Below, piece after piece: positions 58,108 to 64,000 of a DNA stretch of 64,000 bases. Position 1 is the stretch's first letter. Each line of letters begins with the position of its first letter. The notes below the pieces were generated by a model. That model searched no databases, was not told the DNA's origin, and saw only the letters and a list, made by a program, of their open reading frames with translations. Both the position numbers and the translations under genes were made by a program. This stretch comes from a virus, in IMG/VR virus record IMGVR_UViG_3300037876_000116, positions 28,520-92,519 of that record; one strand, written 5' to 3'.

Positions 58108-58150
58108 TCTACTTATTGGTGTCGTGGATTGGACTATCCAGTTCACACAC
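58108..58150 (+). promoter_or_regulatory. Putative late promoter (TCTACTTATT) followed by a 5' stem-loop
   Basis: Motif at 58108-58117; hairpin GTGT(C)GTGGATTGGA-CTA-TCCAGTTCACACAC at 58119-58150. Confidence 0.5.
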
Positions 58151-58178
58151 ATAATAACAAACAAGGGAGAAAATTATT

Positions 58179-60812
58179 ATGGCTGCACCTTTTGATGAAA
58201 ATGCTGTTACTATTTATGGACAGTATTCACAATTCGAACTACTCACAAGTGGTTCTTCTATGCCCGCTGCTTCGGCATCGGCTCTTCGTATGTATGCTTC
58301 GGGATCGAAGCTCTACTACTTTGCCCCAGGCGCAAGTGGGTCTTCACCCGCAGAAATCGCGACTACTGGTGGTGGTCTGGACTTCACGGTCCAAGACGCA
58401 GACGGTATCGCAGATTTCACATTTGATGGAACTGCAAATGTTACTGTTGGGGTTGATATTGTAAACCTTACTGCTGCAACTACAGTAGCAGACGGCGACC
58501 TCGTTATGATTGACGACGGCGCAGGCGGAACTCTCCGCAAAATGACTCGTGCTCACTTTATCGAGTCTGCTGCTCTCGATGCTATTGACATCGACGGCGG
58601 TGCTATTGATGGTGCTACCTTGGGTGCTAACGCTCAAGTAACCATTACAGACGCCGACATGAACGGTGGAACAATCGATGGCGTTGCTATCGGTGCTTCC
58701 TCTGCTGCTGCCGGTACATTCACCACACTCGTTGCTGGTGGAAACGTCGATCTTGGTGACGCTACATCCGACACCATTACTGCTACAGGTCGTTTCGATT
58801 CCGACTTGGTTCCAAGCACAGATGGTGCTCGTGACCTCGGCGCATCCGGTCTAGAGTGGAAAGATCTCTACATTGATGGCGTTGCTTATGTTGATAGTCT
58901 TCAGGCTGACCAACTTGGTGCCGCACTTGATGCAAATAGCCAAGCTATCACCAACATTAACGTTGATTCCGGCGCTATTGATGGGGTAACAATCGGCACA
59001 AACTCTGCTGCAACTCAGGTTGTTGCTACACAGTTCACCGCTTCTCACATGAAAGTGGATAACAACCTATTAGTCGTAGGTGACCTTCAGGTTCAAGGTA
59101 ACATCGACAGTGTTTCTGTTACTCAGAACTCTTTAGAAGTTTCTGATTACCTTATTATTGCTGGTAACTCCGGTTCCGCAGCTAATCTTGATGGTGGCGG
59201 ACTCCAATTAGGCGGAACAAAGCTCGGCGGCTCTGCTGCTGCTTCTGTCCTTTACGATCACAGTAACTCTGCTTTAGACTTCAACATTGGATCTACTACT
59301 GAAGTTCGTCTCGCTGACGGTGTTTTCCGTCCAGAGACTGACAACGACGTAGATCTTGGTGCTTCTGGCGCTGAGTTTAAAGATCTCTACCTCGACGGCG
59401 TTGCTTACATCGATGATCTTCGTGCTGACGCACTCGGCGCTGCACTAGACTGCGCTAGCCAAGCCATGACTAACATTAATGTTGATTCTGGTGCTATTGA
59501 TGGAGCCGTTGTCGGAGCTAACTCCGCCGCTGCTGGTACATTCACTAGCCTTGACTGCACCGATGGAGCTTTCGCTGTTGATAACCTCGACATCGATGGT
59601 GCTACAGACATCGGCGCTGGTCTTGCAGACGCTGACTTGATCATGGTTGATGACGGTGCTGGTGGAACAAACCGTAAGGCTACAATGTCTCGCGTTATGT
59701 CCTACGTTGAAGCAGGTCTTGATACTCTTGCAAACAACCTTAGCTTGTCTGACAACAACATTACTAACGTCGGAGACATCAATGCTGATAGTCTAAGCGT
59801 AGATGATGCTGCTGTTGGTCTTAATGTAGACTTCAGTGGTGCTAACACAGGTCTTGGTGTAATGACGCTTGGTGATAACCTCGCCTCTGCTCTTACTATT
59901 AAAGACGACAGTGTTACATACATGGCTTTCAGATCTACTACTGGTCAAGAAGCTATCACAATGGGTAACGCTACTGTCGCCTCTGTTATTCCAGGTGCTG
60001 ACGGTGTTGTTGATTTAGGACACGCCAGTTTTGAGTGGAAAGATCTCTACATTGATGGCGTTGCTTACCTCGACGAAGCGCAGATCGGTCAGCTAGGTGC
60101 TGCACTTGATGCAAATAGCCAAGCTATTACAAACATCAATGTAGACTCTGGTGCAATCGACGGAGCAGTAATCGGTGCTAACAGCGCCGCCGCTGGTACT
60201 TTCACAAGCCTTGCTGCTGGTGGAGATGTTGACCTCGGTGACGCTACCTCTGATACCATCACCGCAACCGGTCGCTTTGATTCTGACCTCGTGCCTTCTT
60301 CGGATAGTGCTCGTGACTTAGGAACAAGCGCACTTCAGTTCCGCACAGCTTACGTTGATGAAGTTGAGTCCGCTACTGGCGTTCTTAACCTTACGACTGC
60401 TGCTGGTGTTGAAATTGCTGGTACAGCCAACGCTGCTGGTTACCTCTTGCAACTTCCAACGACTGGTGATGCTCGTGCTCGCGCATGGGTTACTTACTCA
60501 TCGGCTCGTCACAAGACTAACGTCAAGACAGTTAAAAACCCAATTGAAACTGTAAAATCACTTCGTGGTGTTACTTACGATTGGAAAGGAACTGGACAGG
60601 CAGACGTCGGGTTTATCGCTGAAGAAGTTGGAGCAATCGTTCCTGAAGTTGTGTCTTTCGGACACGACGGACGTGCTGAAGGTATCGACTACGGTCGTTT
60701 AACTTCGGTTCTTGTTGAAGCTATGAAGCAACAGCAGAGCGAGATTGAAAAACTACAATCTGTAGTTCAAAATCTTACTTCTGAGCAACCTAGCCTTTTA
60801 GAAGACAAGTAG
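58179..60812 (+). CDS. Repetitive fibre protein with a C-terminal peptidase S74 chaperone
   Basis: Internal repeats (KDLYIDGVAY..LGAALD..SQA.TNINVDSGAIDG, three times); SSARHKTNV..LRGVTYDW..GFIAEEV..IDYGRLTSVLVEAMK; GGGAG RBS. Confidence 0.85.
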   Translation: MAAPFDENAVTIYGQYSQFELLTSGSSMPAASASALRMYASGSKLYYFAPGASGSSPAEIATTGGGLDFTVQDADGIADFTFDGTANVTVGVDIVNLTAATTVADGDLVMIDDGAGGTLRKMTRAHFIESAALDAIDIDGGAIDGATLGANAQVTITDADMNGGTIDGVAIGASSAAAGTFTTLVAGGNVDLGDATSDTITATGRFDSDLVPSTDGARDLGASGLEWKDLYIDGVAYVDSLQADQLGAALDANSQAITNINVDSGAIDGVTIGTNSAATQVVATQFTASHMKVDNNLLVVGDLQVQGNIDSVSVTQNSLEVSDYLIIAGNSGSAANLDGGGLQLGGTKLGGSAAASVLYDHSNSALDFNIGSTTEVRLADGVFRPETDNDVDLGASGAEFKDLYLDGVAYIDDLRADALGAALDCASQAMTNINVDSGAIDGAVVGANSAAAGTFTSLDCTDGAFAVDNLDIDGATDIGAGLADADLIMVDDGAGGTNRKATMSRVMSYVEAGLDTLANNLSLSDNNITNVGDINADSLSVDDAAVGLNVDFSGANTGLGVMTLGDNLASALTIKDDSVTYMAFRSTTGQEAITMGNATVASVIPGADGVVDLGHASFEWKDLYIDGVAYLDEAQIGQLGAALDANSQAITNINVDSGAIDGAVIGANSAAAGTFTSLAAGGDVDLGDATSDTITATGRFDSDLVPSSDSARDLGTSALQFRTAYVDEVESATGVLNLTTAAGVEIAGTANAAGYLLQLPTTGDARARAWVTYSSARHKTNVKTVKNPIETVKSLRGVTYDWKGTGQADVGFIAEEVGAIVPEVVSFGHDGRAEGIDYGRLTSVLVEAMKQQQSEIEKLQSVVQNLTSEQPSLLEDK
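58854..60067 (+). repeat. Intragenic direct repeats in the fibre gene
   Basis: The 35-nt GAGTGGAAAGATCTCTACATTGATGGCGTTGCTTA is identical at 58854-58888 and 60033-60067, with a diverged third copy near 59373. Confidence 0.85.
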
Positions 60813-60833
60813 TAATAACTACTTTTTATTATT

Positions 60834-60896
60834 CCTGCCGGGGGTTCATCCCCCGGTAGGTTTAAGCCGGGAGGAATACCACCTCCCGGTTTTTTT
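60834..60896 (+). terminator. Two tandem GC-rich hairpins, the second with a U-tract (intrinsic terminator)
   Basis: CCTGCCGGGGG-TTCAT-CCCCCGGTAGG (60834-60860) and GCCGGGAGG-AATACCA-CCTCCCGGT followed by TTTTTT (60866-60896). Confidence 0.85.
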
Positions 60897-60945
60897 ATTT
60901 GTATTTTATAAAATTTTTCATTTAAGTCTTTTAGAGCAATAAGAT

Positions 60946-60955
60946 ACTATTTACT
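60946..60955 (+). promoter_or_regulatory. Putative late promoter motif ACTATTTACT for the scaffold-capsid transcript
   Basis: Lies after the terminator and before the GGAGG RBS and ATG 60986. Confidence 0.6.
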
Positions 60956-60985
60956 AGAGACTAATTTTATTCGGAGGATACCAAA

Positions 60986-62068
60986 ATGTCATCTATGCTA
61001 GAACAAGCTATTATTGATGCAGAAGCACTTAGAGAAGTTGCACTGAAAAATGCTGAAGCTTCTGTTATCGAAAAATATTCTACTCAGATCAAAGAGGCAG
61101 TAGAAGAGATTTTAAATACAGTACCTCTTAACGAAGAAGAGGAAGAAGAAACAGTTGCTGATGAAGTTGAGTATGCTGTATCTGATGATCATCATGAGCA
61201 CGATGAGGATTGCCCTTGTCCAGATGAAAAGGATGATGAAGAAGTTGTTATCGATCTTACAGGCGTCTTAGAAGATATGAGAGACGAAGAAGAAGAAGAA
61301 GGTAAAATTACTGCTGAAGATTTGATGGACCGCCACGAGGTCGCAGAGGATATTGTTCCCGAAGAAATCGAGCTTGATGAAAATGCCCTAGCATCCTTTT
61401 TAGAAACAGATGAAGCTATTGAGGAAGAAAAAGGGAAGTATGACGACGGCGATGATAAAGACGAAAAATGCGATCATGTTCCTTGCAACGAAGAAGAACT
61501 CGACATTACTGAAGATACTATTGCTGATGTTGTATCTGAAATCATTGCAGATCTCTCCGAAGAAGTAAAAGTGGACATCGCAGATCCTCTTCCAAAAGCT
61601 GGATGGGTTGAGTCTGATCCTGCCCTTTCCGGTACTGAAGAGTACCAAAAAGCTCTTGAAAGCGAAATCGAAAGAGTAAAAGAAGCTACAAATGAGAATA
61701 AAAATCTCAAAGCACGAAATGAAAAACTAAACGAAACACTTAACAAGGTGCATAATGTTTTGAAAGAAACTGCAACTGCAAATGCACGCTTGTTATATAC
61801 TAACAAGGTTTTAACAAACACCTCCTTGAATGAGCGACAAAAAATTAAAATTGTCGAAGCTTTGTCTAAAGCCAGTTCTGTTGAAGAAGCAAAGATTATC
61901 TTTGAGACACTTCAAAGCGCAGTGGGCACCTCTGCTAAAGTAAAACAGCCACAATCACTGAGCGAAGCAGTTACAAAAAATTCTTCAACTTATTTACCTA
62001 AGTCAGAAAGCAAGAAAGATAAAACTTCTCCTGCAACTGACCGATGGAAAATTTTAGCAGGTCTATAA
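60986..62068 (+). CDS. Prohead core scaffold protein (T4 gp22-like)
   Basis: Very acidic, with many LxE sites, a coiled coil and NARLLYTNK; ends RWKILAGL; immediately precedes the MCP. Confidence 0.8.
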   Translation: MSSMLEQAIIDAEALREVALKNAEASVIEKYSTQIKEAVEEILNTVPLNEEEEEETVADEVEYAVSDDHHEHDEDCPCPDEKDDEEVVIDLTGVLEDMRDEEEEEGKITAEDLMDRHEVAEDIVPEEIELDENALASFLETDEAIEEEKGKYDDGDDKDEKCDHVPCNEEELDITEDTIADVVSEIIADLSEEVKVDIADPLPKAGWVESDPALSGTEEYQKALESEIERVKEATNENKNLKARNEKLNETLNKVHNVLKETATANARLLYTNKVLTNTSLNERQKIKIVEALSKASSVEEAKIIFETLQSAVGTSAKVKQPQSLSEAVTKNSSTYLPKSESKKDKTSPATDRWKILAGL

Positions 62069-62100
62069 AAACAAACTAAAATCTATAAGGAGAATTAAAA

Positions 62101-63960
62101 ATGTCTGTTTTACAAAAACTTACTGAAGGTATCCAAACTAGGAATCTTCAGCAAGAAGGAGATGCCCTCCTCGAAAAGTGGGAGCGCACCGGACTTCTTG
62201 AAGGAATGGGAGACGAGAACAAGCGTCAAGGAATGGCTCGTCTTTTAGAAAACCAAGCAGCACAACTGCTTAGAGAGCAATCCAGCATGGCTGCTGGTGA
62301 TGTCGAAGGTTTTGCTTCGGTTGCTTTCCCAATCGTCCGCCGTGTATTCGGTGGTCTTATTGCTAATGATCTTGTTAGCGTCCAACCTATGAGTCTCCCA
62401 TCGGGTCTCATTTTCTTCATGGACTTTCAAGTGTCCCCACTAACTCCAAAGTTAGATCTATACCCAGCAGATACTTCCCTCTACGGCGGCGGAGTTGTTG
62501 CTAGCCAGATTACAGGTGGTGTTGATTTGACAGGAGTTAATGCCGAAACGGGTCCTTACTCTCTTAACAACGGGTACTCTTCCCCAACTGGCTCTACACT
62601 AATCGAGGGCTTTGCCGATGGTACAAGTAACGCTGCAATCGTTGTTGTTGCTTCTGGTACAGTAGGTGCTTCCCCAGCTTCTGGTGACCACCCACTTACT
62701 ATTGCAAAACAAGCAACTCTTGATAGCCTCTGCAATTATGACCCTGATCTTAAAGATCGTACAGTTGTTGTTGTTGAAATTACAGGGTCTAACTCGGCTG
62801 CTGCGGCAGGCGTTGCTTCTCTTGCGCAGCTTAATCTTAAAAACTTGGTTGCTATTGAAGGCGATTCCGCTTCAACATTTTGTGACAATGCAACACGTCG
62901 TTTGACCCAGATTTCTTCTGGTTCTGTTGGAAGTGATCCTTCTAGTGCTAATTTCAAGCTTACTATGGTATTCGCATCCACAGCTTCTGCTGGACAATCA
63001 GTGACACTTGGTAATATCACCGCAGCCGGAACAGGACCCCCCGCAGAGGCGGACGCCGCAAGTCTTGTTAACATGACTGGTTCTGTTATTACTCTAGGAT
63101 ACGTCATCGATGATAATTTCGTCGCTGGCGGCGCTCTTGGCTCTGTTGTTGGTACTACTGCTTGGGAACTTGAGGCTAATACTGGTATTCCTGAGATCGA
63201 CATCAAAGTCGATTCCGTTGCTGTTACAGCTTTGACCAAAAAGCTCAAGGCAAAGTGGACGCCAGAACTTGGTCAAGATCTTAACGCTTACCATAACCTC
63301 GATGCTGAAGTTGAACTTACAAGCATTCTTTCTGAGCAAATCGCTCTTGAGATTGATCAAGAGATCCTCGAAGACCTCATTAAGGGCGCTAAAGCTGGTA
63401 CTTACTACTGGAGTCGTTCTCCAGGTCTTTTCGTTAACAGAACAACTGGTGCTGAAATTGGTTCCGCTTCTGCTGCTCCTGATTTTACTGGTACAGTTAG
63501 CGAATGGTACGAGACACTTCTAGAAACTATCAATGATGTAAGTGCTCAGATTCACCGTAAGACACTTCGTGGTGGTGCAAACTTCGTTGTTTGCGGACCT
63601 GAAGTCGCCAATGTCATGGAATTCACTGCTGGCTTCCGTGCTACTGTGACTGCTGATGATACCAAAGGTACAATCGGTGCGATGAAGACAGGTACATTGA
63701 ATAACAAATGGGATGTCCATGTTGACCCATACTTCCCACGTAACGTTGTTCTTGTTGGTCGCAAAGGTTCTGGATTCCTTGAGTCTGGATATGTTTACGC
63801 TCCATATGTACCTCTCCAGGTAACACCAACTATCTTCGGTACTGAAGACTTCGTGCCCCGTAAAGGCGTGATGACTCGATACGCGAAGAAGATGGTCCGT
63901 CCTGATATGTACGGTCTTGTTATTGTCCGTGGTCTCCTTGGAGAATCCGGCGCAAGCTAA
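62101..63960 (+). CDS. Major capsid protein (T4 gp23-like)
   Basis: KWERTGLLEG, LLENQ, PIVRRVF, VSVQPMSLPSGLIF, KLKAKWTPELGQDL.AYH.LDAEVEL, YAPYVPL, GVMTRYA; AAGGAG RBS. Confidence 0.97.
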   Translation: MSVLQKLTEGIQTRNLQQEGDALLEKWERTGLLEGMGDENKRQGMARLLENQAAQLLREQSSMAAGDVEGFASVAFPIVRRVFGGLIANDLVSVQPMSLPSGLIFFMDFQVSPLTPKLDLYPADTSLYGGGVVASQITGGVDLTGVNAETGPYSLNNGYSSPTGSTLIEGFADGTSNAAIVVVASGTVGASPASGDHPLTIAKQATLDSLCNYDPDLKDRTVVVVEITGSNSAAAAGVASLAQLNLKNLVAIEGDSASTFCDNATRRLTQISSGSVGSDPSSANFKLTMVFASTASAGQSVTLGNITAAGTGPPAEADAASLVNMTGSVITLGYVIDDNFVAGGALGSVVGTTAWELEANTGIPEIDIKVDSVAVTALTKKLKAKWTPELGQDLNAYHNLDAEVELTSILSEQIALEIDQEILEDLIKGAKAGTYYWSRSPGLFVNRTTGAEIGSASAAPDFTGTVSEWYETLLETINDVSAQIHRKTLRGGANFVVCGPEVANVMEFTAGFRATVTADDTKGTIGAMKTGTLNNKWDVHVDPYFPRNVVLVGRKGSGFLESGYVYAPYVPLQVTPTIFGTEDFVPRKGVMTRYAKKMVRPDMYGLVIVRGLLGESGAS

Positions 63961-64000
63961 TAAGCCATAGCGTTTCGTAAAAAGAGCCCCGGTTGTTAAT

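Noticed and set aside
58854-60067. Repeats as the template/variable pair of a diversity-generating retroelement
   Set aside because: All copies are in-frame coding repeats, the differences are not adenine-specific, and no reverse transcriptase is present in the window.
46-63829. Numerous minus-strand and short alternative-frame ORFs in the track
   Set aside because: All lie on top of well-supported plus-strand genes and show no family motifs, so I treated them as shadow ORFs.
1-64000. Alternative genetic code (TAG or TGA reassigned), as in some large phages
   Set aside because: Conserved genes are full length in code 11, and both TAG and TGA terminate genes at expected ends, often overlapping or abutting the next start (ATGA, TAGATG).
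1-64000. tRNA, rRNA, CRISPR array, intron, intein or transposase
   Set aside because: Intergenic gaps are short and show no cloverleaf or repeat-spacer pattern. TerL, primase and portal are uninterrupted and of ordinary size.
63979-64000. AAAAAGAGCCCCGG after the capsid gene as a terminator
   Set aside because: Probably the left arm of a hairpin, but the window ends before a complementary arm is visible.

Overview
This is a 64-kb, almost gap-free, all plus-strand segment of a large T4-like (contractile-tailed) phage genome, read in standard code 11. In order it carries: (1) the end of a nucleotide-sugar cluster (1-5448: extended-SDR epimerases, a split HldE heptose kinase and nucleotidyltransferase, a HAD phosphatase, a cupin and RmlB); (2) a gp55-like late sigma factor; (3) a baseplate and fibre block (gp5-like hub with an amidase-like domain, spike, gp25, gp6, very large LamG/MAM proteins, tail-collar-like proteins); (4) a RuvC-like resolvase, a primase and a fused Mre11-Rad50 (gp47-gp46); (5) a small membrane/lysis-like trio; (6) the head module (TerL, portal, prohead protease, ribosomal protein bS21, two S74-chaperoned fibres, scaffold, major capsid protein). 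The best candidate for an undescribed system is a virion glycosylation system. A short [S/T]-[G/A/S]-[S/T/N] motif saturates outward-facing structural proteins and is nearly absent from enzymes, and the genome carries heptose/deoxysugar synthesis genes. Other signals are a recurrent CTA(T/C/A)TTA late-promoter motif that is the reverse complement of the T4 late promoter, an attenuator-like Cys-Cys leader before the prohead protease, a leaderless sigma70 promoter, and two possible TGA readthrough sites. All product calls come from motif recognition by eye; no database searches were run.
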